The notes under the pieces were generated by a model. The model had not been told where the DNA came from. It did no database searches and saw nothing but the letters and a program-made list of their open reading frames with translations. Made by a program: the position numbers and the translations under genes. From a virus, in IMG/VR virus record IMGVR_UViG_3300036770_001413, positions 43,546 through 107,545 of that record: a DNA stretch of 64,000 bases. One strand, 5' to 3'. This document shows, in pieces, positions 11,811-22,315 of the stretch (position 1 is the first letter of the stretch; every line of letters begins with the position of its first letter).

Positions 11811-13065
11811 ATATTTCTACTGTAGCAGAAAGATTAGCCCCGCCTTGAAGTTGTAAAATTATTTGAGTTACGGCTGCTAAATCATTTGCAGTAAACCAGC
11901 CAGAAGTCATTTCACCGTGGTTTGCACCTTGCAAATAATATGCTGTCCAGCGACCCATTTTGTATGTTGTTGTATTTTTATAGTCATAAAGATCTATTAC
12001 AAATATAGAGTCTCCGTTGGCACTTCTAAGCGAAGTTCCAGTAAGATTAACAAATGCCTGTCCACCACTCACCTGAAATAGTGTATTGCTAGTTGTTTGA
12101 GCCGAGCCATTAGTCCAAAAAGCTTGTTGCGAATAAAAACTTGCTTGTCCCACATCAAGGTACAGGGCTCCAGCAGTTGATGATGACATTGCTTCTTTTA
12201 CCAAAATTCTAAGATTTTTATACGCTGTACTAATTCCAGTAATTGTGCAAGTAGCATTTCCGCTATGATTTGTAGTACTAAGTAAAGTCCAGCCTTGAGA
12301 GTTAGTTTGCCATGATGGAACTCCGCCAGAAACCGACAAATACTGTCCGCTTGAGCCAATTCCCAGCCTAGCTGGAGTATTTGCAGCAGATGCATAGATA
12401 ATATCACCTGTTGTTGTTGTTAATGTATTAGGAATAAATGCGGCATCTGCAAGAGTTCCATTTGTATCAAGCCAAATTTGTCCATCTGTTGCAGATTCTG
12501 GAGCGGCATCTTGAGTATACCCAGATACATTTACATTAAAGTTTGTTACTGTAACTACTTCTAGAATATCATTTACTGCCGCCGCCTCAACAAGTGTTAC
12601 AGTATTAGAATTTGAAGTTGTATAATCTGTTGTGCGGAGAAGCAAAAGTCCATTTAAATAAACCTGCTCATATCCTTCAATCCATGTATGTGAAGTTGTA
12701 AATACTGTTTGTGCCGCCGTTGCTGTAAATGATTGACGCTTTACAATGTTTGGATCAAAGGCAGTTGCTGCCGAATCTGATTCTACCCAGATCTGTCCAA
12801 CTACTGGACTTGTTGGGGCATCTGCAGAATATGAAGAACCCTTTACATCAAGAGATGTTAGAGTGGTTGGGACATAATTTGTTCCCGCCGATGAAAATAA
12901 AACCTGACCCGCATTTGGCGATTGAGTTGTTCCAGTTCCGCCATATTGGGTCGGAACATTAGTATGAGAATCTAAATTATTATTTGTGGCAAGAATGACG
13001 CCAGAATTGTGGGATAAGCCATTTACAAATAGCTTATTTTTGACCTTAAAGTCTTTATCTGCCAC
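11797..13065 (-). CDS. multi-domain tail fibre/branch protein
   Basis: DKDFKVKN N-terminus, GQIW motifs, QVYLNGLLL..DYT domain, C-terminal ..IYG tip domain. Confidence 0.65.
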   Translation of the reverse strand: MADKDFKVKNKLFVNGLSHNSGVILATNNNLDSHTNVPTQYGGTGTTQSPNAGQVLFSSAGTNYVPTTLTSLDVKGSSYSADAPTSPVVGQIWVESDSAATAFDPNIVKRQSFTATAAQTVFTTSHTWIEGYEQVYLNGLLLLRTTDYTTSNSNTVTLVEAAAVNDILEVVTVTNFNVNVSGYTQDAAPESATDGQIWLDTNGTLADAAFIPNTLTTTTGDIIYASAANTPARLGIGSSGQYLSVSGGVPSWQTNSQGWTLLSTTNHSGNATCTITGISTAYKNLRILVKEAMSSSTAGALYLDVGQASFYSQQAFWTNGSAQTTSNTLFQVSGGQAFVNLTGTSLRSANGDSIFVIDLYDYKNTTTYKMGRWTAYYLQGANHGEMTSGWFTANDLAAVTQIILQLQGGANLSATVEIYGEN

Positions 13066-13128
13066 AGGATCACTCTCCCCTTTGGATTATATATATATTA
13101 TATCAGAATGGCATATTAAAGCCAAAGG

Positions 13129-13875
13129 CTAGTCAATTAAATTTTTACGAATCTCAGAAAGTATGATTTCTGGCATTTTTGCCTTTTTAGACATTAAGTA
13201 TTTTTCTTTTAAAGACTTAAATCTTCCATAGCTAGATGGAGAATTTACCATTTCCCGCCCAATATTAAAAAGAGTATCTGACTGCATATATCTTTTTAAG
13301 ATGACTTTTTTATCAGTTTTAAACTCAATATAAAAAAGTGGATCGTTTTGATTAAAAACCATTTCTTTTGTATCTAAAGGAATATGATAATCAAGATTAA
13401 ATGTTCTATACCAAGAACCTATATCAAATTCTCCACACATTAACAATGCTCCTTTTGCTGGTGAATGCGGAGGAAAGTATGGAGACGTAAATCTTGCAAC
13501 AACTGGCTCATCTGCAAAAAAAGTCCAGCACATATTATATTGGATATTAAAATAATTATTTAAAGAAGATTTACGTGGCGTAAATGACGAAAGCAAGGAT
13601 CCGCCATTTATTTTTTCATTATCTTCAAAGTGTCTATCTATATCAGAAATAATAATTTTATCATCAAATTGCTGTCTCACGACATATATATTTTTAAACA
13701 TATCGCTTACCGCTGGGCATGCAAAAAAATTATTAGAACCATTTTGTAAATTTTTATTTTGTCTATACTCATTTATCAAACTTACTGGCTCTGCATATGC
13801 TAAAGCCCATGATTCTTTATCTGCAACATAGGCTGCTGGAGACCAATAAATTGTTATCTCATCTTTATTTTTCAT
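13129..13875 (-). CDS. hypothetical protein with its own promoter (inserted in the tail locus)
   Basis: 248 aa, lower GC than flanks; FFACPA motif; TAGAAT upstream. Confidence 0.55.
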   Translation of the reverse strand: MKNKDEITIYWSPAAYVADKESWALAYAEPVSLINEYRQNKNLQNGSNNFFACPAVSDMFKNIYVVRQQFDDKIIISDIDRHFEDNEKINGGSLLSSFTPRKSSLNNYFNIQYNMCWTFFADEPVVARFTSPYFPPHSPAKGALLMCGEFDIGSWYRTFNLDYHIPLDTKEMVFNQNDPLFYIEFKTDKKVILKRYMQSDTLFNIGREMVNSPSSYGRFKSLKEKYLMSKKAKMPEIILSEIRKNLID

Positions 13876-13918
13876 ATAAATACATTCTACTATATGAAAA
13901 TATAATTTTCAATAGGTA

Positions 13919-14272
13919 TTAAAACTTTTCTAATTCTTTATTTATTTTTTGCCATGTCCAGTCTTGTGGATTCCATAGACCTACTGGAATCGTTTCCCAT
14001 CCTGGCTCTAAATCATGCGTAATAGTTTCAATTAAATTAGTATTTGGATTTTTTATTTTAAATGTTGATTTTCTATTATTATTCCAAGCTACTGCTGTAG
14101 GTAAAACAGAAACCCCTATGCCTAATTCTTGCATTAATTGATTTCTATTATTTTCTATTTCTTCCGTCCAACCAAATGGAATAAATTCTGCATTTTCTGG
14201 AGCCGTGTCAATCAAATCTTGAGCATCTCCATAAACATTATGAAATACATATATTTTATTTATATCTATCAT
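13919..14272 (-). CDS. hypothetical protein
   Basis: 117 aa ORF overlapping the upstream gene. Confidence 0.5.
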   Translation of the reverse strand: MIDINKIYVFHNVYGDAQDLIDTAPENAEFIPFGWTEEIENNRNQLMQELGIGVSVLPTAVAWNNNRKSTFKIKNPNTNLIETITHDLEPGWETIPVGLWNPQDWTWQKINKELEKF

Positions 14273-15732
14273 GGTAGTGCCAACTTTCTTGCTGTTCCCG
14301 CTCCGCCGCCGCCATCTCTGTCTCCTTGTCCAGGAGCCTTACCACCATTTGCTGTAGGTGTTATTAATGAATTATCATATTTATAAAATATAGTTACAGA
14401 GCCTCCTCCACCAGATCCTCCTGGACACTGCATGTATTGATTATACTGATATCCCATGTTGCTATGCCCGTTAGACTGAATGAGTCCTTGTCCTCTTAAT
14501 TCCCCCAAAACAAATATACAGAGAGAACCTGCTGTTCCATCCCCTGCATCAAATGGGTAACTTCCTTGAGTGCCGCCTTGATTTGATGATCCTGCTGGAT
14601 TTCCTACGCCACCACTTGACCCATATGTATATGAAGTCCCAGCATTTCCTCCTGCCCCACCATTTGCTACTGCATTTCCAGAAGTTCCACTTCCTGAATA
14701 AACCATTATTGAACCTCCGCCTCCTCCGCCAGTAAAAGATGTTCCTGCTGACCCAGACCCACCAATTACTGTAGATCCTGTTGCATCTCCAGCGCAAATA
14801 GCGCACCCTCCGCTTCCTCCGCCAGTACCACCATTTGTTCCAGCAGATCCAGGGATTCCATTTGTTGTTCCAGTTGGTGGGCCAGATCTAGTTACTGTTC
14901 CTCCGCCTGCTCCACCAGAGGCAGGAATTTGTGGATTTGTTACACCAGTAAATGTTCCAGTATGTAATCTTATGTTGCCAGCGGCGGTGGCAGAATGATT
15001 AGCTCCCCTATCTGTCATCAATATTTGTCCATTATTAGTTAAATTACCAGTTACATATATACAAGTAAATAATTTTCTATTTGATGGGATAAATCTTTCT
15101 AAACGATTTATTGTAAGGTCTCCATCAACAACAACTAAAGCAGATCTAGTATCCGCTGTATTGGTAAACCAATCTGAATTTGTAAATGTTGATATAGTTT
15201 GATTTCCTCTTTTTATTACATAGTCATATGATCCAAGAGATACTCCATTTAATGTTAATGTTCCGCCTGCAGTTGGAGTAGATGTAGTTACGCTATTTGC
15301 CAAAGTTGTCATAACAGTGTATAAATCTGTTGCGCTTTGGTTAGATGTAACACTTGAAACAGTTGTAGTTATACTGCTACTTGAAGAACTTGTTTTTTGA
15401 CTAACGCTATTTGTTGCTGTAACTGTAAATGTATATGAAGTGTTGGCAGTTAATCCAGTCACTATAATTGGTTTAGTTTGATCTATAACTGTAGCAGTTA
15501 TACTTCCTGGACTACTGGTAGCAGTAAATGATGTTGCTACTCCGCCAGTAGTTGGTGTATGAGAAAATGTCACATATGCTGTGCAGCCAACATTTGTTAC
15601 AGAGCTAATTACTGGAGCAGTGTCTATGACGCCAGAAACTTTATCTTCTGGTATAGAAACTTTTGCTCCTCTTAAAACTCTAGATGTAGGATTATTTCTA
15701 GCTGATTCTTCGCTGGCATGCTTTATCGACAT
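14269..15732 (-). CDS. FN3 plus glycine-rich tail fibre/adhesin
   Basis: IIVTGLTANTSYTFTVTATN FN3 motif, Gly-rich C-terminal half. Confidence 0.7.
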   Translation of the reverse strand: MSIKHASEESARNNPTSRVLRGAKVSIPEDKVSGVIDTAPVISSVTNVGCTAYVTFSHTPTTGGVATSFTATSSPGSITATVIDQTKPIIVTGLTANTSYTFTVTATNSVSQKTSSSSSSITTTVSSVTSNQSATDLYTVMTTLANSVTTSTPTAGGTLTLNGVSLGSYDYVIKRGNQTISTFTNSDWFTNTADTRSALVVVDGDLTINRLERFIPSNRKLFTCIYVTGNLTNNGQILMTDRGANHSATAAGNIRLHTGTFTGVTNPQIPASGGAGGGTVTRSGPPTGTTNGIPGSAGTNGGTGGGSGGCAICAGDATGSTVIGGSGSAGTSFTGGGGGGSIMVYSGSGTSGNAVANGGAGGNAGTSYTYGSSGGVGNPAGSSNQGGTQGSYPFDAGDGTAGSLCIFVLGELRGQGLIQSNGHSNMGYQYNQYMQCPGGSGGGGSVTIFYKYDNSLITPTANGGKAPGQGDRDGGGGAGTARKLALP

Positions 15733-15738
15733 TTTATT

Positions 15739-16035
15739 TTACTGCTCTAGCAAAAGCAGCTTTACCTCTTCTTCAGTAATTCCTAATTTTTCCATAAGCT
15801 GTGTTCTAGCATTATAATTTATTTTTTGTTTTGGCTCATGATTTTTACCATCTGGAGCATAAAAATTTACCTCTGGGCTGTGTGCAGCTACTGCTGCAAC
15901 TGCCCAAGACTCTGCCTCTTCAAATGAATCAAATGAATCTCCATTTGGATAATGTGGTTGATATTGAAATGGAATATCTTGTCCATCTTCAAATATGCTT
16001 ATTGCAAATGTATCTTGATCTATCTCGTATCTCAT
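15739..16035 (-). CDS. tail-fibre chaperone-like protein
   Basis: QPHYPNGDSF.S.EEAESWA; EKLGITEEEVKLL. Confidence 0.55.
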   Translation of the reverse strand: MRYEIDQDTFAISIFEDGQDIPFQYQPHYPNGDSFDSFEEAESWAVAAVAAHSPEVNFYAPDGKNHEPKQKINYNARTQLMEKLGITEEEVKLLLLEQ

Positions 16036-16044
16036 TTTATCTCC

Positions 16045-17088
16045 TTAAGGTCTACTTGCTGCACTTGAATATGTTCCATATACGCATGCTGACTGTCCGC
16101 TGCCTGCAGGAAAAACTGCAGCCAGTTTTCCTCCTCCAACAGCTATTGATACTCTATCTTGAAAAGCATATCCATACGTGTTGTTTCTTGGAGAAGACTT
16201 TCTTCGCCAAGTTAAAAAATCATTTGTTGTAAATATACCTTGACCATTTCCATTATATACATTAATTACTGTAAATGTAGTTCCGTCTGATGCATATGAT
16301 GCATATGGGGCGCTGAAAAAAACTTCTCCACCTTCGCCACTTAGAGAGTATGGATTGTAATTGTTTCTAAGAACTCTTGTCCATGTATTTCCATCGCTTG
16401 ATTTTAATGCCCATCTATGATTATAATTATAAAATAAATAAAAATCGTTTCCTATTACAAACGGACCCGTCAAATAGAATCCTTTTTTATCTACTCTATC
16501 TATATCAAATAATTCTGGAATATATTTTTTAGCACTCCATGTTGTGCCATTTGTAGATGTTGTAACCCATCCTCCGAGATTTTCTGCTGCCGCCATCCAA
16601 ATAGTTCCATTATAAGCTACTCCAGAATATTGATATGATTCTGGCAGCGTTCCTTCTGTCCAAGTAACTCCACCATTAGAAGAATAAGCAGTATATTGAC
16701 CTCCTATTGCTAAAAATGCTGGTTGTGTTCCACCAAAATATCCATAAAGTCTATAATTATGGCTTCTAGGTAAAGTTCTTAAAGTCCAAGTAATTCCGTC
16801 TGTAGATGTTTGAGCATATCCAGCATCTGAGACAGCGCAGAATGTTCCACCTACTGCATACATTCCAGACCAGTTATAAGATCCAGCCGAAGTCCTTGCT
16901 GTCCATGTTGCACCATCTGTTGATGTTGCGGCAGCTGTTGTTCCAGTAACTAAAGCAGCAAATGTGCTTCCATTATATGCTACTGAATACCAACCTGCAG
17001 CTGAAGGCATTGTGCTTCTGCCATAAAAAGCAGATTGTGATCTTGTCTTAGCACCAACGCCTGGATATAAAAATGGTCTGAATGTCAA
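16045..17088 (-). CDS. BNR/Asp-box beta-propeller receptor-binding protein
   Basis: repeated STDGATW/STDGITW/SSNGGVTW/STNGTTW/SSDGNTW; TTG start at 17088 after AGGAG. Confidence 0.7.
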   Translation of the reverse strand: MTFRPFLYPGVGAKTRSQSAFYGRSTMPSAAGWYSVAYNGSTFAALVTGTTAAATSTDGATWTARTSAGSYNWSGMYAVGGTFCAVSDAGYAQTSTDGITWTLRTLPRSHNYRLYGYFGGTQPAFLAIGGQYTAYSSNGGVTWTEGTLPESYQYSGVAYNGTIWMAAAENLGGWVTTSTNGTTWSAKKYIPELFDIDRVDKKGFYLTGPFVIGNDFYLFYNYNHRWALKSSDGNTWTRVLRNNYNPYSLSGEGGEVFFSAPYASYASDGTTFTVINVYNGNGQGIFTTNDFLTWRRKSSPRNNTYGYAFQDRVSIAVGGGKLAAVFPAGSGQSACVYGTYSSAASRP

Positions 17089-17474
17089 TACACATCTCCT
17101 ACTACTAACCAAGTATCTGTTGCAATTTTAAGACATGTTGCTGCTGAATACCTTCCTCTGAATACAGGGCTTGCAGTATTATTATTATTTGAACCATTAC
17201 AATAAATTGTTGTAGTTCCTGAGTTTGATGCTTGAATAGTTGTTGCACCTGTTCCATATTGAACTACATTTAAAGCAGTTCCTACTGCATATCCAACTGC
17301 TGCATTTGTTGGAATGTAAAATGTATTTGCACTAGAATTATTCATCAAAACAACAGAAGCTGCGTCGCTTGCGACAGGAGTATATGTTGTTCCAGTTTGA
17401 GTATTAATTGTTTGTGTAATTATAGGAGCAGTATAGATTGCTTGATTTTGAGCATTTACGCTATTAATTCCCAT
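17085..17474 (-). CDS. tail fibre adaptor domain protein
   Basis: INTQTGTTYT...IPTNA.V...G...YSAAT..K.ATDTWLVVGD, homologous to the C-terminus of 22861-23505. Confidence 0.6.
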   Translation of the reverse strand: MGINSVNAQNQAIYTAPIITQTINTQTGTTYTPVASDAASVVLMNNSSANTFYIPTNAAVGYAVGTALNVVQYGTGATTIQASNSGTTTIYCNGSNNNNTASPVFRGRYSAATCLKIATDTWLVVGDVY

Positions 17475-17836
17475 TATGCAATCTCGCTTCCGTATAGTGA
17501 AAATGACATTGTTGTTGCGGAGGCATATACTGTAACTATATCCGTCGCACCGAGAGTCAAACCAATTGTCATAATTGTTGAATCATTTGCCGCTACTGTA
17601 GCATCATAAATAATATAATGTCTATTATCTATTGCTGCACCAGCTGGGCGAACAGCAATTCTATATGTTCCTGCAGTTGCTGCTTGATTACATATAACAA
17701 TTGATGAAACAACTGTTTGAGTTGCTGCTGGCACTGTATACAAATTAGTATTTGTTGTAGCAGTTAGCGTTTGTGCACCATTTCCGTAGTTGCCTGCGGC
17801 TCCAGTCATTGCTAATACTTTATATGTTGTTGGCAC
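17474..17836 (-). CDS. small beta-sandwich tail adaptor
   Basis: LYTVPAATQTVVSSIVICN...GSEIA; paralogue of 25129-25431. Confidence 0.6.
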   Translation of the reverse strand: MPTTYKVLAMTGAAGNYGNGAQTLTATTNTNLYTVPAATQTVVSSIVICNQAATAGTYRIAVRPAGAAIDNRHYIIYDATVAANDSTIMTIGLTLGATDIVTVYASATTMSFSLYGSEIA

Positions 17837-17861
17837 TTATTTCCTCCTTATTTTTATTTAA

Positions 17862-18212
17862 TCATGTTCCCATTAACAAGAATGGGTGGAACGATTCACC
17901 AGTAATTGTTACTGATCCGCCTAAAGACACTGAGCTTCCGTTAATTGTAATGCTTGAGTTGGTTAAAGATGAGTTTCCAATATTGCTTAAAGTATTTGAG
18001 GATCCAGAAATTGTTTTATTAGTAAGAGTGTCAGCAGTTGATGCTGAAATCGTAGCATAAGATAATGATGTCCATGCAGTTGAACCAGTACCTATTTTAA
18101 ATTTTCCAGTATCTGTTTCAAATCCGAATTCTCCAGCAGCTAATGTTGGATTAGTTGAAGTCCATTGAGACGCCGTTCCTCGTCGAACTTGTAATTGTGT
18201 GTTAACTGCCAT
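17862..18212 (-). CDS. Mtd-N/hyaluronidase-N-like domain tail protein
   Basis: QLQVRRGTASQWTSTNPTLAAGEFGFETDTGKFKIGTG. Confidence 0.7.
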   Translation of the reverse strand: MAVNTQLQVRRGTASQWTSTNPTLAAGEFGFETDTGKFKIGTGSTAWTSLSYATISASTADTLTNKTISGSSNTLSNIGNSSLTNSSITINGSSVSLGGSVTITGESFHPFLLMGT

Positions 18213-18625
18213 TAGGGTGTTCCTCCATCAAATGTGTATGTAAAGCTTGCTGTATCATAATATCCTCCATCATATGGGGCGACGGAATCATAAGATCCCC
18301 CGTCCAAAACATCCAATGGGGACCCTATAATTGTAACATTAGTTCTATTATTTCCTGAATCGTCACCAATTAAGGCTCCAATTAAATTTAAAGTCTTTCT
18401 AGCTGTTTGGGTAACCCCGCTTTTTGCTAATTCTGAATAATTTGGAATAGCCCAAGATGTATTAGTTCCGTCTGTCTGTAAGAATTTTGATAGATGATCA
18501 GTTTGGGCGGGAAGTAAAGAATTTAAAGTATTAGTAGTAGAAGTTTGTCCTGTTCCGCCCATTGTTACAGGTAGGGGAGATTGAATGTCTATGCCATTTT
18601 TTACTTTAAAGTCTTTATTAGCCAT
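18212..18625 (-). CDS. tail fibre connector
   Basis: NKDFKVKNGI N-terminus; three DGG motifs at the C-terminus. Confidence 0.55.
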   Translation of the reverse strand: MANKDFKVKNGIDIQSPLPVTMGGTGQTSTTNTLNSLLPAQTDHLSKFLQTDGTNTSWAIPNYSELAKSGVTQTARKTLNLIGALIGDDSGNNRTNVTIIGSPLDVLDGGSYDSVAPYDGGYYDTASFTYTFDGGTP

Positions 18626-18650
18626 TATTCTCCTCCTATTCTATTATACC

Positions 18651-19172
18651 TTAAGTATTTTTTATTCCGTAAAGGGTTGCGGTTGAGTATTGGACCCAAT
18701 TTTTAGATTCTTCAATATAAAGTGTTATTGAAGTAATTGCTGATGTATTTGACCATAGCCCAGCAAGTAAAGTAGCATAAATGTTGCCGCTCGCATCATT
18801 TGATTCCTGCACAGCGTCTACGGAATAACTTTTATTATTACTACTTGTATAATTTGGGATGTAAATTTCGGTGCTTGCAAAAGTAGATGCTGTATTATTG
18901 GAGCCATTAGAAGTACCAATGCCTTGAGCAGGTGAACTTTGAGAGCCAGTATTTGCTCCACCGCCTGCACCATATAACTTTCTTACAGTATAATTTGATG
19001 TATTATTATTGAATTTAAGAAAACAGTCAGCGTTTGTTGCAACTCTATCGGTTCTGCTTGATAATTTAATAACCAAATCAGTATAAGTTCCAGGTATGCT
19101 AGTAAATTCTATTGTAGCCGCCCCACCGCTACCAACTGTTACTGTGGCTATTGCCTCATAAGTAGTTGCCAT
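18651..19172 (-). CDS. tail-tip paralogue (LYGIK family)
   Basis: IEFTSIPGTYTDL...IYIPNY...GLWSNTSAITSI...LYGIK. Confidence 0.6.
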   Translation of the reverse strand: MATTYEAIATVTVGSGGAATIEFTSIPGTYTDLVIKLSSRTDRVATNADCFLKFNNNTSNYTVRKLYGAGGGANTGSQSSPAQGIGTSNGSNNTASTFASTEIYIPNYTSSNNKSYSVDAVQESNDASGNIYATLLAGLWSNTSAITSITLYIEESKNWVQYSTATLYGIKNT

Positions 19173-19174
19173 AG

Positions 19175-19666
19175 TTATGCCGCCTTAATTCCGTAAAGAG
19201 TAAAAGTTGTTGTGTTTGTAAAGTTTGATGCGGCATTGTTAGTTAGGGTTACAGAAGTAATAGCAGAAGTAGAATTATTACGCCAAGTTCCGACAAATGC
19301 TCTTACGCGAGCCGAGGCATTATTGCCACGAGCAACCCAAGTTTTGTGAGTAGTTGTATTTGAATAATTAAATATATTAATAATAGTTGTTGTGTTACTT
19401 GTTCCTATTGTGCCTGATATTCCTTCTGATGTACTGCTATCTCTAAAACCTGTAACGCTTGAACCGTTGCCGTCTAATCCTGTATAACTATAATTACCAC
19501 TTGCATCAGAATTAAAGCGTATAATATAACTATTATCCGCATTTCCGTTTGAACCATTTGCAATAATTACAAGGTCAGTGTAAATGCCGCTAATTGATGA
19601 AAATGTAATACTAGAAACGCTACCGCTTGCAGTTGTTGTTGCTATGGGTTCATAAGTAATTGCCAT
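19175..19666 (-). CDS. tail-tip paralogue (LYGIK family)
   Basis: same motif set as its neighbours. Confidence 0.6.
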   Translation of the reverse strand: MAITYEPIATTTASGSVSSITFSSISGIYTDLVIIANGSNGNADNSYIIRFNSDASGNYSYTGLDGNGSSVTGFRDSSTSEGISGTIGTSNTTTIINIFNYSNTTTHKTWVARGNNASARVRAFVGTWRNNSTSAITSVTLTNNAASNFTNTTTFTLYGIKAA

Positions 19667-19669
19667 TGG

Positions 19670-20977
19670 CTATGCCGCCTTTATGCCGTAGAGGGCGAAG
19701 TGTGAGTATTGGGCAAAGTTGCCGCCATCATCAATGCCAATAGAGATAGAAGTAATTGCTGAAGTAGACATCCATAATCCTGATTTGTAATAAATCTGTC
19801 CTGAACCATTAGCGTCAACACCGCCAAGTGAGCGTAAAGTTTTATATTTATTAGTATTGGCGTAATCTAAAATATCAATAACGCCGCCACCAAAAATTCC
19901 GCTTGTAGCATTAGCCGCTGACATTCTGACTATACCGCTTATTTTATTATCTGAAGCACTACCAATAGCAAAAGCGCTAGCACCATCAGTCCTCAAAAGG
20001 TGATTAGAATAATTAGAACCTGAATCAGAATTGAATCTTGCAAAGATTTGCATTTCGCCTTGTGCGACTGTGCCTCTACCAATACAACGGATTTGTAAGT
20101 GACTATAAGTTCCTGGAATAGAACTAAAAGTAATAGTTGAACTACCACCACTACCAACAGTTGTAGTAGCAATGGATTCAAAGGCTCCAGGAGTTGCAGG
20201 AACAACACTATTACTTGCTGCAGAAGCTGCAGAATCTCCATTTGCATTAACTGCTTTTAAATAGAAAGAATATGATTGGTTATTTGTTAAACCAGATATA
20301 GTCAATGGAGAAGATGTCTGAGCTGGGCTAAATGCGCTATATGTGGAATTATCTGTTGAATATTTATAGTTGGTTATTGACGATCCGCCATTAGCCCCCG
20401 CCGTAAAAGTTAATGTTGCAGATTGATCTGCTCCTGTTGCAGTTCCAATTGTCGGAGCCTGTGGAACAGTTGTTGCAGTAACGCCTGCAGAAGCGGCGGA
20501 GGCAGATGATGTTCCATATTTATTTGATGCAGTAGCAGTATATGTATATTCTGTTGCTGACTGTAAACCTGTAATGGTTAAAGGACTTGATGATCCTGTT
20601 GCTGTATATGAACCAGGACTTGATGTTACGGTATAAGAAGAACCTATAACTGAGCCTGGAGTAAATGATACTGAGGCCTGTCCGTTATTATATGCCCGCC
20701 CAGATCCTTGATTTGTTGCTGTTACGCTAGTTACCGTTGATGCTACTGCACCGATTGATTCCCAAGAAGTTCCATTATAAACTTCCATAAAACCAGTTTG
20801 AGTATTTGAATAAACTTGTCCTGTTATTGGTGATGCAGGACGTCCTTCTGTATTTCCATAACTTATATGACCATTTGATGCTGTTGCATGGGAAGAGATG
20901 GCTGCCGCTGTCTCCGTATCCGTCGCCAAAGCGGTGGCGGTGGAGAGAACGTTAGCTACATCTCTTGCCCTTGTCAA
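19670..20977 (-). CDS. tail fibre: two FN3 domains plus LYGIK-family tip domain
   Basis: MTRARDVA N-terminus, two SPLTI.GL FN3 repeats, tip domain. Confidence 0.7.
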   Translation of the reverse strand: MTRARDVANVLSTATALATDTETAAAISSHATASNGHISYGNTEGRPASPITGQVYSNTQTGFMEVYNGTSWESIGAVASTVTSVTATNQGSGRAYNNGQASVSFTPGSVIGSSYTVTSSPGSYTATGSSSPLTITGLQSATEYTYTATASNKYGTSSASAASAGVTATTVPQAPTIGTATGADQSATLTFTAGANGGSSITNYKYSTDNSTYSAFSPAQTSSPLTISGLTNNQSYSFYLKAVNANGDSAASAASNSVVPATPGAFESIATTTVGSGGSSTITFSSIPGTYSHLQIRCIGRGTVAQGEMQIFARFNSDSGSNYSNHLLRTDGASAFAIGSASDNKISGIVRMSAANATSGIFGGGVIDILDYANTNKYKTLRSLGGVDANGSGQIYYKSGLWMSTSAITSISIGIDDGGNFAQYSHFALYGIKAA

Positions 20978-20990
20978 TTTAAATTACTCC

Positions 20991-21227
20991 TTAAATTACC
21001 AGAACAGCAGCTTCTTCTTCTGTCAATGGTTGACCAGAAACAAGTTTAGCTTTTGCTGATTCTTTGAGAGCTGCTTTTGCTTCTTCTGCCGCCACACGAG
21101 CCGCCTCTGCTTCTGCAAATGCTGCTGCATCTGCTTCACGCTGTGCGATTTCCTCGGCGGTCAAAGGAACAATAGTCTGCTCTCCAGTAGAACAATCTAC
21201 TACTACCTTAGTCAGTACTTCAGTCAT
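20991..21227 (-). CDS. tail-fibre chaperone-like protein
   Basis: VDCSTGEQTIVPLTAEEIAQRE...LTEEEAAVL. Confidence 0.55.
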   Translation of the reverse strand: MTEVLTKVVVDCSTGEQTIVPLTAEEIAQREADAAAFAEAEAARVAAEEAKAALKESAKAKLVSGQPLTEEEAAVLVI

Positions 21228-21277
21228 TTTTTGCCTCCTATTTCTCTATTTATTTTACCATTTAATAAATGATAAGT

Positions 21278-21799
21278 CTAGCCTATTCCGTAAAGTGAAA
21301 CAATACTGCCTGAAACCCAGTTAGAGCCAAAGTAAGGTTGTAAATTTATTGAAGTAATTGCTGTCGTATTTGCAAAAATGCCACCGTACACCTGCTGCCT
21401 GTTGTGTTCTGTTGTTGTTGAGTTGCTTAGTAAATGAGATTCAGCACTTATTTGTTTTGTGGAAGAACCAGCATACCTTTGAATGTATATTTGGCTTGTA
21501 CCAAATGCTCCAGTTGTAGCACCTGCGGCACTTGCTCCGTATAGTTGAAAAAAATTATTATTATCTAAGGAACTATTTGCAGTAGCACCATTTCCGTAAA
21601 CGAAGCGACCATAATAAGTATTATTGTCCATATTACTATTAAACCGCAATACTATTGCGTCATCAGTAGCAGTAGCACGGTCACTTCTCAAAAAAGCATA
21701 AATTACTAAATCTTTATATCCTTGAGATATTGAGGAAAAGTTAATTGAAGATTGTGAACTATTTAATGACACGCTTGATATTAGATTATGGGTTGGCAT
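21278..21799 (-). CDS. tail-tip paralogue (LYGI family)
   Basis: INFSSISQGYKDL...AITSINL...SLYGI. Confidence 0.6.
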   Translation of the reverse strand: MPTHNLISSVSLNSSQSSINFSSISQGYKDLVIYAFLRSDRATATDDAIVLRFNSNMDNNTYYGRFVYGNGATANSSLDNNNFFQLYGASAAGATTGAFGTSQIYIQRYAGSSTKQISAESHLLSNSTTTEHNRQQVYGGIFANTTAITSINLQPYFGSNWVSGSIVSLYGIG

Positions 21800-21800
21800 G

Positions 21801-22313
21801 TCAAGCCGCCTTTATTCCATATAAAGAAAAAATAGATCCAACTGAAAAAACTCCTGAAACAGTAAAAACTTGTATAGAACTTATAGCAGACAAACTTCGA
21901 TATTGTCCACAAATTAGCATAGCTTCACGAAATCCATCTATATGTCTTATGTTATGACTGCGTATAAGAACTTGTTTATCGGCATTAGTATTATTTGCTT
22001 TATTTATATCTAAACGTAAAATACTTGCTTGAGACTGTGTTGCACCCATTCCAACAAAATTAGTTACTTGAATAGAAGTAGCATTTGCAGAACGATTTGA
22101 TGTTATATTAGTATAGCCACTTCCATAAGTATAAGAATAATTTGCACCTGTGTCTGAATTAAAACGTAAACGCACATCATCTCCACTAGAACTTCCTGAA
22201 GCTGAAACAGATAAAATAAGGTCAGTATAATCTATAGAAATGTTAGAAAATATAACAGAGTTTGAGGTGGTGTTTAGAGTATTGCTACTAATCAAATCAT
22301 AAGTTTTTGGCAT
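21801..22313 (-). CDS. tail-tip paralogue (LYGIK family)
   Basis: same motif set. Confidence 0.6.
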   Translation of the reverse strand: MPKTYDLISSNTLNTTSNSVIFSNISIDYTDLILSVSASGSSSGDDVRLRFNSDTGANYSYTYGSGYTNITSNRSANATSIQVTNFVGMGATQSQASILRLDINKANNTNADKQVLIRSHNIRHIDGFREAMLICGQYRSLSAISSIQVFTVSGVFSVGSIFSLYGIKAA

Positions 22314-22315
22314 AT

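Noticed and set aside
16045-17474. Programmed frameshift joining 17085-17474 to 16045-17112
   Set aside because: An AGGAG RBS and TTG start at 17088 explain the overlap as translational coupling.
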